This document shows positions 39,819 through 53,357 of a stretch of DNA of 64,000 bases, piece by piece; position 1 is the first letter of the stretch; every line of letters begins with the position of its first letter. Below the pieces are notes generated by a model. The model was given only the letters and a program-made list of their open reading frames with translations, was not told where the DNA came from and ran no database searches. Source of the stretch: Octopus vulgaris (taxonomy: Eukaryota); NCBI GenBank assembly GCA_951406725.2, contig OX597816.1, positions 93,744,001 to 93,808,000 of the forward strand. The letters are read 5' to 3'. The position numbers were made by a program, and so were the translations under genes.

Positions 39819-40115
39819 TCGTTAAGGTTATCTATACAGATAATTTATACAAATTATAGCCAGCACTGATTTTTGTTATGACGTTTCGTATTCGAGTCGT
39901 CAGATGTAAACAAACAATGAGATCGAAGATGAAAACAGGACAATGGGTCTATATTCCATATTTCGGGAGTTTTTTGCTCCCTCATTAGCATCCGCTGATG
40001 GGTTAGGTGGGTGCTGGTGTTTGTTTACATCTGACATCTCGGATACGAAACAACGTAACAAAAATCAGTGCTGGCTATAACTTCTATAGGTTACCTGTAG
40101 AGATAACCTTAACGA
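39819..40115. repeat. ~300-bp fold-back element with ~98-bp arms
   Basis: tcgttaaggttatct...ttatagccagcactgatttttgtta...tcagatgtaaacaaaca pairs with 40018-40115. Confidence 0.95.
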
Positions 40116-40191
40116 ATGATTTAATGCTCACTGCTAACACATTAGAACACAGTATTAACTTATAAAAACGTTTAATATACTTTATAGTATA

Positions 40192-40704
40192 CTAGCAGTA
40201 TCGCCCGGCGTTGCTCGGGTTTGTAAGGGAAATAACTATATAAGCATTTTTAGAGAGTTACTTCCCTTATAGATGCCAATTCGGGCTTTCTTAGGCATTT
40301 CTGTTTTGGTGTCTTCAAGCCATGAAGTCGTTGTTCTAAAAGAACGCTGGTCTCCTTGACAACGCTTTACGACGTTGATTTCCTTACACTCCCTTCCCCA
40401 CAGCTTCACGAGGGAGGGAAGAAGGGGGAAAAGCAAACAGGTGCAGGTGTGACCGTGGACGCCAACTCCGCCGCCATCGACACACGAAAAATTATGCATT
40501 AAAATGGAATAAAAAATGATGTTAAATTATTTTTAAAATCGTAGACTCATCGTAGACGCGCGCTAATACTCAGACGGGCTCGATATGAATCACGACTATA
40601 AGATACCCGAATTTGGTTAAACTGCACCGCAAAATGTGGGAGTAGTTAGGAATCTAAATCGAAGGGGACAGACACTCACACAAGTACAGTTTTATATATA
40701 TAGA
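40192..40704 (-). mobile_element. Non-autonomous Helitron family H1, copy 2 (513 bp)
   Basis: A|TCTATATATATAAAA...CCCGAGCAACGCCGGGCGATACTGCTAG|T, with no TSD. Confidence 0.92.
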
Positions 40705-41939
40705 TTATAGTTGCATAACGAAATACCGTGTTCCTATACATCATTGATATTTGATTTTCCATTCAGCTTAAAGAATGCACAGTTCACACTTCTCGGAAAA
40801 TTAAACGAATCGCTGTATAACACGAGTAGATTTTCTGACCATCCAGAAAACATTTTTTTTAAAATTGTATCTTTACATAATTCAAGCCTCTCACCTAACA
40901 AAGCTATTTTCAAAGGCGCTTCAATGCTTTAAAACTATTTGGTTTCACTGGCAAAATTAAATGTATAAGAAATAATAAAACACCCAGTATCACGAAAAAT
41001 ATAACTAGAAATAGGAACATAATCTGGTATAATTTCTTTTTAACCCTGTCCTGTCCCCAGTAGTAAAAATGTTCTTTAATTTGTTATAAAACATTCCTCT
41101 ACAAGCATAAATATAATAATCTTGTCAATAAAATCTGCAAAAAATATTTTTTAGTTAACCACACCTAATTTCGGATAAATGGATCTAATATGAACATTAA
41201 AAAATAATATTTCACTGTTTTTAACTATGCAAAAAACTAGAGCGAATGCCCACTTGAGCTTCGATATATTTTTAAATGCATTATTTACCGGGTGCCTCTG
41301 TGAATGCGAATTATTTTTCAATAATATATACTGATTTGGCGTCAAACTCTTTCAGAACTCATCACCTTTATTCATCCGAAACTATATTTGAACCAAGAAT
41401 ATAATTTAATCGACTTCCAGGAATTTCAGAAATTATATTAACTTTGTCGTCAGGTGGGTATTAATTTAAATACGTAAATCATATAACCATTCTAAAATTC
41501 CTTGTAGCTAGAGCACATCAGAATCTTCCTTTATAAACCATTCTCTTGGCTGTCACACAAACGAAAGCTTAAAAACAGTTTATGATAATTCATTGATTCA
41601 ATGCACACTTAATCATGAAAGCCAAGAAAATATTTTTAAAGAACAGGATTCCTTCGATAAACCTTAATTCTATAAAAATAGCTTTTATATCTCTTTAATA
41701 TTCTTTGGAACATCGATCGACTCATAAGTTTTCCCTTTTCACGATGTTTTCTCTAACTTTTGCTTAAAACGCTAAATATTTTTTATATATGTAAAAAAAT
41801 TTTCAAAATTTGTTTCAGCTCTATTTCTGAAGAATTCGAAAGAAAAACTACAGTAGGAAAAAGTATCCCTTTTACTTGTTCAACTTTCAGTAATTCAGTA
41901 ATTTGTAACTCTTCTCATTTTTACAAGTTACTTCGTAGG

Positions 41940-43330
41940 TAAGGGCCTGGTTATTGGAAACTGAATGCATCGCTCTCGGTACATCAAGCTTACAGGGACC
42001 AAATGTCTGCGCACCATTAACCAAGGCATAGCGATTCCTCCACGCAGCGGATGTTGACACCAAATGGATCGTCCAACCAGCTATCATATCCAAACTCTAG
42101 TAAATTGCTGTCACTGAGCAGGTGACCCTGCTTCTAAGCTGATACCAGACCACGTGAATATATACACTCCCACTCTCAGAACTGCCGTGTCGGTAGAAAG
42201 AGGAGGAAAAGAAAAGGAACAGGGCAACTTACGCATTTGATGACTCAATCACCATGGAATTTGGAGTCTCTTTTGGAAAATTCTTTGGACGCCTACAGCT
42301 GGTCCTTCAATATTTTTATGTTTCCATGTCCAACATTAATTTAAAATGCTTTGTGTACTTGGAAAGTGCTAGTCTTGAAGACCTCTCCCTATTTTTTAAT
42401 TTTTTCCTTTTGTGCAATGAAGGACATCAGTACAAAGTTTGGATGCATGATTGTATTTCTGATTCTATTCTTGTGTGTTTTCCTTTTTTGTTGAGATGAA
42501 TGTTCGTGATGGTTGGTGGTGGTGGTGGTGGTGGTGGTGGAGTTGTTGTAGGTGTGGTGTCGGTGATGTCGGGATTGTGTGGTTCGTTCAGAGAGAGTGA
42601 GCGTGTAATATTAAAAAAAAATTTATTATCTTTCTTTTGATTTACCTGTGTGTCCCTCTCCTTAACAGATGACATCTTCACATCGAAATGATCCGATGCG
42701 GGATGTGTTGAAGGTATATTTTCGAGTGTGTGTCCATAAATATGTTTCAAAAGAGAGAGAAGAGGAGAGTAAGACAGGAGTTTAGATATTTTCCAGCATA
42801 GTGAGTTCTTGTTCTTTGTTGTGGGTGTCATTGATGGTCATGCTGTTTTTAATATTGTTGCTACTGCTGTTGTTGCTGTTGCTGCTCTGGATCTTTCTCC
42901 TTTCGCTACTGCTATTGCTGGTGGTGCCGCAGTATGCTGTTGTTGTTGGGATTGTTGTGTGAGCAGTTGCGGAAGCCTCTTTTCTCCTGATTTTGGTTGA
43001 AGACGAAAAGCTAGTTTCATTCTGAGGAGGGTGTCACTGCCCTCTAAAGCAAGACAGGCTACAAACGATTAGATGTCCAATTCAAGTGGAACTCCTTCTG
43101 TCTTATGGAAGTTATGGAGTACTTCAGCGCGAGAGTAACGTTTGTGAAGAGAATTTCCACACTCCCGAACTGCCTTGCTCTGGTCGCATGGTCTTTATTT
43201 TTTCGTATCCCTTTCAAGCATTCTTCTTTGTCGTTTAGAGAGAGAGAGAGTTAAGTACAATTTTGATTTTTCAACTACCCCAGTAAAAAGTTATCTACCC
43301 GTGGAGTGCCTTTATCACTTACCTTGCCGT
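41940..43330 (-). mobile_element. Decayed L1/Tx1-like LINE 5' region (ORF1 and start of APE endonuclease)
   Basis: ATRARQFGSVEILF (ORF1-like) and low-complexity Q/A/P tracts. Then frameshifted LRVGV..RGLVSA*KQGHLLSD..LDMIA, resembling an APE N-terminus. Confidence 0.45.
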
Positions 43331-43579
43331 CGCCGTTATATATGTTTTTGCTACTACCACTGTTGTTGCTATTGCTACCATTAGTGTTAATACTGTTGTT
43401 TTTGCTGGTGTCATTGTTGCTTTTGTTGTTAAACATGATGTCATAATTGTTGTTGTTGTTGTTGTTATCATGTGTGGGCTTTTTCCTGAAGCTGGTAGTA
43501 GTTGAGAATTTCCCTAATGAATCTGTTAGTGGGCTTGAACGATACGATAACTACAACAAGATAAAACTGAGAAAAGTAA

Positions 43580-44120
43580 ATAAATATCACAATAATTGTG
43601 CCATATAGGGCATAATTTGGTGATCCACATACCGCAGAGAGTGGTGGAGTTGGATACCTGCAAAATCTTGTGGGTTTTCCCAATCCAAACAGATCAGGTG
43701 CCAGAGCATTATAAACAGGGTCTTGTAGTGATAGACAAGGTGCACCACATGTGCTATATAGTTGATATTGCGTGCCCCTTTGACCCACGAACAGTCAAGA
43801 AGAAAGGTCAAAAAATAAATATATACAATCTTCTTAGGTGCAAAATAGCCCGGTTATGGAAAATAAAGAAGGTGAAGATTGTACCAATTATTGTTGGGTC
43901 CTTGGGAATAGTATCAGAAGGCATCAAAAGAAATATACAGGAAATCGAAATAGAGTGCCTAGTTGTACTGTTATAAAAGGTCTGCTTCCTTGGCACGACC
44001 AGAATAATCAGAAAAGTATTAGATAGTTGAAAAAGAAGAAATAGCATGGTACTGTGGGCTGTAGGTAGCAAACACGCTACGCATTTGAACTCAAGGGGTT
44101 CAAATAAAATCTGAGTGAGT
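43580..44120 (+). mobile_element. R4/Dong-like element 3' end (restriction-like endonuclease domain)
   Basis: HIPQRVVELDTCKILWVFPIQTDQ...LVVIDK...CYIVDIACPFD...ARLWKIKKVKIVPIIVGSLG...LGTTRIIRKVL*, then a short 3' UTR with AATAAA. Confidence 0.88.
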
Positions 44121-44352
44121 GAAGAAGAAGAAGAAGAAGAAGAAGAAGAAGAAGAAGAAGAAGAAGAAGAAGAAGAAGAAGAAGAAGAAGAAGAAGAAGA
44201 AGAAGAAGAAGAAGAAGAAGAAGAAGAAGAAGAAGAAGAAGAAGAAGAAGAAGAAGAAGAAGAAGAAGAAGAAGAAGAAGAAGAAGAAGAAGAAGAAGAA
44301 GAAGAAGAAGAAGAAGAAGAAGAAGAAGAAGAAGAAGAAGAAGAAGAAGAAG
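44121..44352. repeat. Pure (GAA)n, about 77 units
   Basis: Directly visible. It generates the poly-E/K/L ORFs. Confidence 0.98.
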
Positions 44353-44657
44353 AGATTTTGGCAAGATTTGAACTCAGAACGTAAAAGAATGCAATTTTTC
44401 TCGTTGATCTACCGATTTCCTGTCACAATATTAATTAATTATGAAGGTCCTTTGGTACACTAAGAGAGAGAAAGAGAGAGAGAGCGGGAGAAAGGGAGAG
44501 AGAGAGAGAGGGAGAGAGAGAGAGATGTGCCTTATCAGCTTAACGTTTCAGAAGTCGAAATTTTGGATCGGGCATGTGGACGTCTTACGTTCCTGAAATA
44601 ATGAAACATAACTATTATCATGTGGTTTGTCATGAAAAAGTGAGGTATTAAAACTAC

Positions 44658-44802
<145 letters not shown>

Positions 44803-45970
44803 CAAGTGTTGATATAATGAAACCTGGCTAGAAACCATGATGTTTGAAACCCGCTAAAGTCAGTTCTTCTAATTGTGTATTAACTGCTTAACACAGACAA
44901 GTAAATATTTTGTAAACACAAAGATAAAATCATGATTCAGATCATAAAAGCTTATAAACATATGCCAATATTACCCGATGTACGCATTGATATTACAAGA
45001 CGTCAAAGAGGCGCTGGTTGTGTTTGACAAGGGGAGATAATTGTCAGAGAATTAAGTGCAATGACAACGTAGTTGTTATGTTTACATATGAACGATGTAC
45101 TTAATGAACACACTACGCATTATTCTCTGCATTATGTTATTCGCTACTATGTGTGTTGTTTGCTATCAAGTCTTTGAACGCATACATTGCTGGTGTCTAC
45201 TTACTCGTCAGATAACTACGAGTTTGATGACCCAAAGCTACTACCGACTTGGTGTCTCCACTACTTTCAATAAATATTTACCGCACCGATTTTTAATTTC
45301 CAGGGCCTTTATGACAATAGCAAGTATTTAAAATTGGAAGAGGCGATAAGTGCTGGACAAGCTTCAGTTTAGAGTATTTTTTTAAAGGATTGGATTATAT
45401 ATTAAACTGTTTGAACTGCCCTTTGTAAATATTCTTTTTATGTATATGACATGTGTTTTAGAGAAAGAGCTAAGTTCACTGTATTTCGTCTGCACTGCAC
45501 AAGTTCCATTCCTAGTTGAAGGCATTTCACTTGATTTACGGCGCCATTGCATTCAGTAAAGGTATAACCGTGTTGCATTCATTTTAACTCCCCAACTCCC
45601 CAATAGGGTAAAGTAAAAAAGAGAAAACTGAATGACACTTTGTCCATCATTTATGATGAGCTCTATAGAAAGCTATAACACCTGGAGGGTTGAGTTTGCA
45701 ACGCAAGTTCGATTCACTTCTGGTGTGTCAATGCAATTGGAAAGGCATAACTATCATAACTGTCCCTTCCTTGAAATGAAGTTCCTTTGTTTCAAATCAA
45801 ACCCAATTAATAATGACTACTATTGAATATATAATAAACATTCTTGGCCAGTTAAAAATATATTTCATCAACAGATGTCTGTTCATTGCGAACACTTATG
45901 GCACATCTACTTAGGAAATATCACTGAAAAAACATTTTATTCTGAGCTCATTTGATAGAATGTCCTTCTC

Positions 45971-46074
<104 letters not shown>

Positions 46075-46313
46075 CACTCTTTTTCTCTTTGTATCTATCT
46101 AGCTAGCTATCTTTAAACTTTTATCTCTCTTAACACTTCCCTTCCTAGATCACATCACTTTAGCTGTCTATCGCTCAAAGTTTAAGTCTTGTTATCGCTT
46201 TCACTTTCAACCTTTCTTGTTCAATTTCTCACGCTCCAATTACTCTCAATATTTCAGTTTCTTACTCTCAATTTCTCTCTTATTTTCTCTCTCTTTCTCT
46301 GTCTGTCTGTCTG

Positions 46314-46389
<76 letters not shown>

Positions 46390-46695
46390 CTCTCTCTCAC
46401 TCAAATACAATACTCGTGTAAAAACCGACCCTAGTCTTACAGAATCGAGAGACTATCCCATACATAAATGTTACGACCTGGAAATGAATTTTTTTCAGTT
46501 TAACCCATATCACTATGTTTTGTTATACAATTCACACAAATATTTGGCTACAGATTTCTTAAAATTCATTATTAAATGACTAGTGTCTTGTTATAATGTC
46601 TTTTTGCAGTTCAACTAATCTCAGTCCCCGTTTAGTGCTTATGGAATACAGTTGTATTGCTTAGGTTTTAAAATTTTGCCGTAATTTTATGTAAA

Positions 46696-48250
46696 AATGT
46701 TCTCAAGGGAAACAACAAATACACAACAGCTTTAACGTTAAAAGTTACTGAAGTTGCTGAGAAGACGAATAGCTGTGTTCCACGCATCAAAAGAATTTCG
46801 TTTCGGAGAAGCTAGCGTGAGACTGGAGACAGATATGAAACGAACTTCAGACAATGCTTAAAGGAAAATGTGGTAAACCGAAGCCTACAACCGAAGAAAA
46901 ATTTTGCAGAGTGGCTACTTAAAAATTCTCAAAATGGGAATTGTGTTACTCATGCTTCCCTCCAAATACAATTACGAAAAGAAGCAAAGAAGGGTGGAAT
47001 TTTGGTTTTTGAAGCAAATGCTGGATATTACACTAGGTTCATGAAATAGTATGACTTAGTACTTCGGCAGAGAACTAAGAGTGCACAAAAGCTGTTGGCT
47101 GACCACGAATATAAAATATTACAGTTTTATTAGTTTGTAATCAGAAATCACCAGAAGTTATCAAGTATTGAGCACATAAACGAAATGCTTATTACTCTTG
47201 ATATGTAGAGATTTCAACTGTGAAGCAAAGAGATTTAAAAAGAAAAACACGTAATGTTGAGAACTACTAGCTATAAAAATGTAGGATTACATTAGTGCTT
47301 TTTTGTATGATTGGTAGAATACTAAGTTAAAAACTGATCGAAGTTTATAAGAGAAACACATCGCCAAGGAAAAAATTTCAAATGGAATTGTTATTCATGT
47401 GCATCCACAAAACTGAATAAATCAGAATAAATATAGTAAATGAATAAAGGGCGGAGGTGCAATGGCCCAGTGGTTAGGGCAGCGGACTCGCGGTCGGAGG
47501 ATCGCGGTTTCGATTCCCAGACCGGGTGCTGTGTGTGTTTATTGTGCGAAAACACATTAAGCTCCACGAGGCAGGGAGTGGTGGCGACCCCTGTTGTACT
47601 CTTTCGCCCCAACTTTCTCTCATTCTTTCTTCCTGTTTCTTGGGTAACACTGCGATGGACTACGTCCCGTCCAGCTGGGGGAACACATACGTCACAGAAA
47701 CCGGGAAACTGGGCCCATGAGCCTGGCTAGGTTTGAAAAGGGCGCATAAAAAAAAAATGAATAAAGAAAGTTTAGAATTTACGACCTGGTAAATTACGAA
47801 AAACAATACTATCTATCTGGGACCAACTTAGGGCAAATTTATTAAAGTATGTTGTTTATAACTTCAGATCATAAAATGCTGACAGTTGTAATTTCTAGCG
47901 GAGTTAAAAGGAATTTGTAACTTTTAGATGTAAGTGTCAATAAGTAATTTGATAAGAATGGTGAGAAGACATTATGAGAATCAAGCGGAATAGCATAATG
48001 GAAAAAAGTCATACTCGACAGGAGGCAGTATATAGGCTTCACCACCGTCTCTGGTAAGGGATCATTGATTCATGGAGAGAAATAAAAGGTAACGTTATTG
48101 TCAAGTCATTCAAGAAAAGTGGAGTTTTGAATGCATTGGACGATACAGAAGACTATTGTCTATGGGAGGGTGTGGGTGAGTTATGAAGTGGATGATGTGC
48201 TATCTCTACCTATGGATAGCGAAATGGAAGATGATCTTTACCATTATATC
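46696..48250 (+). pseudogene. pogo/Tigger-type transposase relic (POGK-like), interrupted by a SINE
   Basis: KYTTALTLKVTEVAEK (N-terminal HTH), TRFMK*YDLVLRQRTKSAQKL (CENP-B-type HTH), LSIWDQLRA, LDVSVNK*F and IVKSFKKSGVLNALDDTED (DDE_1 and C-terminus). Confidence 0.82.
47450..47754 (+). mobile_element. Full-length tRNA-derived V-domain SINE (family D) with TSD and A tail
   Basis: A box tggcccagtggttagg, B box ggtttcgattccc, V-like ctgcgatggactacgtcccgtccag and an A tail. Perfect TSD aaatgaataaag at 47438-47449 and 47755-47766. Confidence 0.92.
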
Positions 48251-49350
48251 ATTCATTCTAGTAATTATAAAGTGTTATTTAGTGCTGAAGATGACAAAGA
48301 TCGATTTAGCAGGAATATCTGTGCTTGAAATGTTTAAATTGAATCATATAATTGTAAAATAATGTTATATTAATTTTCGATTTCACTTTTTGTATGCATA
48401 AATAGAAGTTTCCTAACATATTTTTGCTTCTATTATCATTATCTATTTTTATGCTTGTTTTATATTTTATGACTTTAAGCTGCATTGTTTTCATTAAAAG
48501 TAGAAATGCAACGAAGAAAACGGTGGTCTATAATCCAACTATGAAAATGAAGAAAATGTTTTCTGTGGCGATTGTTTGCATGGAAAGTTGTGCTGTGTTT
48601 TTATATCTTTTATCAATACTAGTTTATAAAGCCTTAAGCTGCGTTGAATTAAAAAAAATAAAAATAAAGAAGTACTGATACACAATACATGTGATGAGTG
48701 AGATTTAACCACGAATATGAAAATAAATGTGGATAGAGAGCTGTGATGCAAAACATACTCAACTGGGGATGTTAACTTCTGAGCTGTTAGCAAGAGTGTG
48801 CATATTATTACAGCAAGTTAATGGTAGTATACAAAGATTTTGAGATGTAAATTGACTTCACCGAGCTAGTCTGTTGAGTGTGGATATTTATAGGAGCTGC
48901 GCTGCCTTATTGTTTTTATTTGATAGGAAGTGTACCTTCATATGTAATACTGGTATTATTACTGTAATTTGTTGTTTTTTTTATTAATTTAAAGATCACT
49001 TTTGCTTCAGCTGCTGATACAATACTTTGGATTCTAGTCTAACCCATGAATTTAACCTTAACAAAATAGTCTAAAATGTTTCGACTTTACAGTTATATAC
49101 GTTAAACATCAGTGAAAAAACAGTGCAGTTCCAGTAATGTCCTTTGCTAGAACGATGTCATATGCATCAAATTACCGACATTCTCTTGTCATTCTTGCAG
49201 TCAGCCATTCAGTGAACTACAGTGATGACCCATTGAAATTCTGCAACAAATGACCCTATTGTCTTCAAATTGTATAAAATAAGCCGAAGCAACAACGGTA
49301 TTATTGAAGGTATCACAAATTTCGTTTCCCAAATGGCTTCAGAAAGTGAT

Positions 49351-49539
49351 ATACTCTTTTACTTGTTTCAGTTATTTGACTGCAGCCATGTTGGAGCACC
49401 GCCTTTAGTCGAGAAAATTGACCCCGGGACTTAGTACTTATTCTATCGGTCTTTTTTGCCGAGCCGCTAAGTGACGGGGACGTAGACACACCAGCATCGG
49501 TTGTCAAGCAATGCTAGGAGGACAAACACAGACACAGAA

Positions 49540-49608
<69 letters not shown>

Positions 49609-49765
49609 CGACGGGCTTCTTTCAGTTTCCGTCTACCAAATCCACTCACAAGGCTTTAGTTGGCCCGAGGCTATAGTAGAAGACACTTGCCTAAGATGCC
49701 ACGCAGTGGGACTGAACCCGGAGCCATGAGGTTGGTAAGCAAGCTACTTACCACACAGCCACTCC

Positions 49766-49767
<2 letters not shown>
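49351..49767 (-). mobile_element. SINE family B, full length
   Basis: Reverse-complement match to 52758-53170. Confidence 0.93.
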
Positions 49768-49857
<90 letters not shown>

Positions 49858-50099
49858 CTTGATATAAATAAATATATATTTATTTTTCTGAAATTTACAT
49901 TGTGTAATTTTACATTCTGAATATTTTTCACTATACTTTTGTAAGTAAAATATTTCAATATTACGTTTTAACTAATGTGCAGTTGGATGCGTACTTTCTG
50001 TGCGTCCACCAGTAAAATGTATCTGTTCAAAATGGGTATAAATTACGTGTGTATAAAGCATGATCGAAGTAGCTTAGAGAGGAATAAAAAGTAGTAATA

Positions 50100-50389
50100 C
50101 TAGCGTAAGAGTGGACGTTGTTGAATGTCACAGCCAGTAGATCATTGATGTATGAAGACAGTACGGAATAAAACTGAACTCAGTAACACGAGCGACGGGT
50201 AGAAACAATAAGTGGTAGTTTTGATAGGAAGTGTGCATCTCAGGTACGGTCGAATGCGTTGTAGATGTCGAGGGTGTTTCCATCGCTTTCGCCAAATTTC
50301 TCTGCGATGAGGATACACTGGAGGTTGACATAAAACACTAGGTAGATACTTTTGACTGCACGGAATCCATACTGCCGGTCAATAAAGGA

Positions 50390-50436
<47 letters not shown>

Positions 50437-50620
50437 TTCACACTATCGAAGAATACTTTTGAAATGTTGGCCGTGATTGCAATTGGGCGACTTTTAGCAA
50501 AGTCTAAGGGATTGCCTTTCTTTTGAATGGGATGCACTGAATTATATTTCCGAACGTAAGCATATAACCAAGGTAATTTGCATACTTTATACAAGAATGA
50601 GCTAAGGGAAACAAATCAGA
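50100..50620 (-). mobile_element. Jockey/CR1-group RT fragment split by (GA)n
   Basis: HPIQKKGNPLDFAKSRPIAITANISKVF, RQYGFR and LDIYNAFDR. Confidence 0.78.
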
Positions 50621-50665
50621 GTGGCTAGCGGCATATATATGAACTTTCTTTCTCTCTCCTCTCTC

Positions 50666-50730
<65 letters not shown>

Positions 50731-51460
50731 GTTTATATTCATGCATATATAGAGACAGATAGATACGTATATAGTCAATAATCATCCATTCATTCATTAC
50801 TTTTACCCTTCGTCTATACTCCTTTGAGCGAATTGTCCGTCTGTTTTTCACTTTTTTGTCTGTCTGTGTGTCGTTTCATCTATTTCTGCCTCTTTTTTCT
50901 CCACTATTCTCTTTCTTTCCTTCACGCACGCACACACAGACACACAGAGACAGACACAGGCACAAACACAGACACACACAGACACACATCTATTTTTCTT
51001 CTCTCGATTTTCTCTGTATAGAGAAAGGTAGCACAATGTTTTGGGATAAATGAAAGGGCATTGTCAAGACCGATGGCCTAATTGGTTTGATGTGACTGAA
51101 GGTACTTCCGAATGGAAAGTAGTGAAACTAGATCTGACCAAGAGACTTAATTCTCGCTGGTTTACTTCACCTAAATCCAAAGAGAAACCGCCTTTAAAAG
51201 TACAGCTAGTCGATGTAAGAAGCACATATACGAAACAATTTAATACGTTTTTAATTAGGGGCCACTTTGTCATAATTATACACTGTGATTATGAGTGTGA
51301 GCAATCCATTAGCTTCTATTACTATGTTGAAAGCAATTCAAGAATCAAATGAAAGTAACAGGAAGCTGTTCCAAAACTCATCCTCAGATTACAGTCCATA
51401 CAGTTTCTTTTAGTAACGACTAGTCAAGCTTTTGAAACACCAACTTTTTCTTTTCTACAT

Positions 51461-51850
51461 ATAATAATAATAATGAAATTATTGTATACAGTGCTCAGGT
51501 GCACCACAACTTGTCAAAAGTGCGTATAAAGCATATGCAGTAATGTACAAATGTCTGGAAAGTGAACAGTGTCAGATACATGCTTGCGTGTGTATGGAGG
51601 GGAGAAAATCAGGTGTAGCGCTGGCGAATTTCAGGAAGCATGGAAGTTTTGAAGGATGCATTACTCCGACAACTAACAACTGATGCCGGCAGTTTGTTCC
51701 ATACTTCAGCAACTCTTAGCGTGAAAATTTGTTTCCGAAAGTCATGGGAGCTGTGCTGTTTTCTGACTTTGTAAACATGTCCACGGGTGTTAAACAGGTG
51801 GAGTTTGAAAAGCTGCTCAGAGTTATTGTTAGTAAGATGGTTAATAATAA
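51461..51850 (-). mobile_element. CR1-clade LINE 3' end (relative of 38690-39255)
   Basis: IINHLTNNNSEQLF...TRGHVYKVRKQHSSHDFRKQIFTLRVAEVWNKLP, with an (ATT)n tail. Confidence 0.9.
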
Positions 51851-52757
51851 TAAAAGGTAGCATCTAGTTGTTCTAATATTTGTCAGATATTTTCGTGATT
51901 TGCTTAGTTTGCAGCAAGCTTGACAATAACCCCCTCCCTTACATGAATCCTTATCGAGATTATCTCTCATATGAGCTTATTGTATAGTTATTACATAGCT
52001 TCATCATCTAAATGAAGAGCCTCTCCTTGGTGTCTGAAAGAATTTCCAGATATTGTTTTTGTTGTATATTCTTCTTTGTTTTACATCAAATATGTGTTGG
52101 TACAACGAAAGCTTGATAAGCGACGTAAAGACAGTATAGTGAAACCTCTCCCTTTTTTTTGTTTTTGAAATACTAACACCTTTTACCATCTTTGCTTTTA
52201 ACATCAACCTACCTCATCTCCCTTACACTCCACTCTCTCTACTTTAGAGTTTGGCATAAATACACTGATGTTACTGATTTTCTGTGGATGCTGCCACTTT
52301 CGATATGATGCTGCTCATCCTTCATATACCTATGTATGTGCATGAACATTTATGATGTATATATATGCATATATATCATTATCAGCATCATCATCTTTAT
52401 TTAACATCCATGTTCTGTGCTGGCATGGGTTGGACGTCTTGACAGGATGCGATGAGTCCAAGGACGGAACTGTGCTCCAGTGTCTGCTTTACCGAAGGAA
52501 TGATGAGAAGATGACAAAGAAGTAAAAACTATAAATTCTTCGATCACTTTTTCGCTCTTAGCTCTATTTCTCTTCCTTTCTGGGGTCTTTTTTAAATGGA
52601 TTGTTACTTAAGTATAGCCGGTCATTTCAGTCTTCATTCTAAATACGGTGGCGATTAATTTAGTTAATGTCCACCTGGCAACACACTCACATAATCTGAT
52701 GCAATGAGACCATATACCTATAAAGAAAAGTGTAGTAATAGGCGCAGTGTAGTAATA

Positions 52758-53170
52758 GGCGCAGGAGTGGCTGTGTGGTAAGTAGCTTGTCTACCAACCA
52801 CATGGTTCCGGGTTCAGTCCCACTGCGTGGCACCTTGGGCAAGTGTCTTCTACTATAGCCTCGGGCCGACCAAAGCCTTGTGAGTGGATTTGGTAGACGG
52901 AAACTGAAAGAAGCCCGTCGTATATATGTATATATATATATGCGTGTGTGTGTTTCTGTGTCTGTATTTGTCCCCCTAGCATTGCTTGACAACCGATGCT
53001 GGTATGTTTATGTCCCCGTTACTTAGCGGTTCGGCAAAAGAGACCGATAAAATAAGTACTGGGCTTACAAAAGAATAAGTCCCGGGGTCGAGTTGCTCGA
53101 TTAAAGGCGGTGCTCCAGCATGGCCGCAGTCAAATGACTGAAACAAGTAAAAGAGTAAAAGAGTAAAGAG
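52758..53170 (+). mobile_element. SINE family B (tRNA-derived CORE-type), full-length reference copy
   Basis: tggctgtgtggtaag A box, gggttcagtccc B box, accttgggcaagtgtctt CORE-like domain and a (GAGTAAAA)n tail. TSD agtaata at 52751-52757 and 53171-53177. Confidence 0.95.
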
Positions 53171-53357
53171 AGTAATACCAAATCAACATTTTTACGACAA
53201 TTGATTGCATTCAAACAAAATGTAAAATAATTTACAATAAAAATATATATATATAAGAAAATGTTAAAAAAAACACTTCTAAGGATGTTGTAGTGCATTC
53301 ATATTCCTATCGTTTAAATATATATATATATATTTCATAGTATTTTTCCGATGGTCG

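Noticed and set aside
44077-44463. Poly-E, poly-K and poly-L ORFs
   Set aside because: Artefacts of the (GAA)n tract.
47450-47530. tRNA-like sequence
   Set aside because: It is the head of a SINE with TSD and A tail, and the acceptor stem does not close.
51050-51352. 100-aa ATG-initiated ORF
   Set aside because: No recognisable family. The opposite strand weakly resembles a decayed mariner C-terminus.
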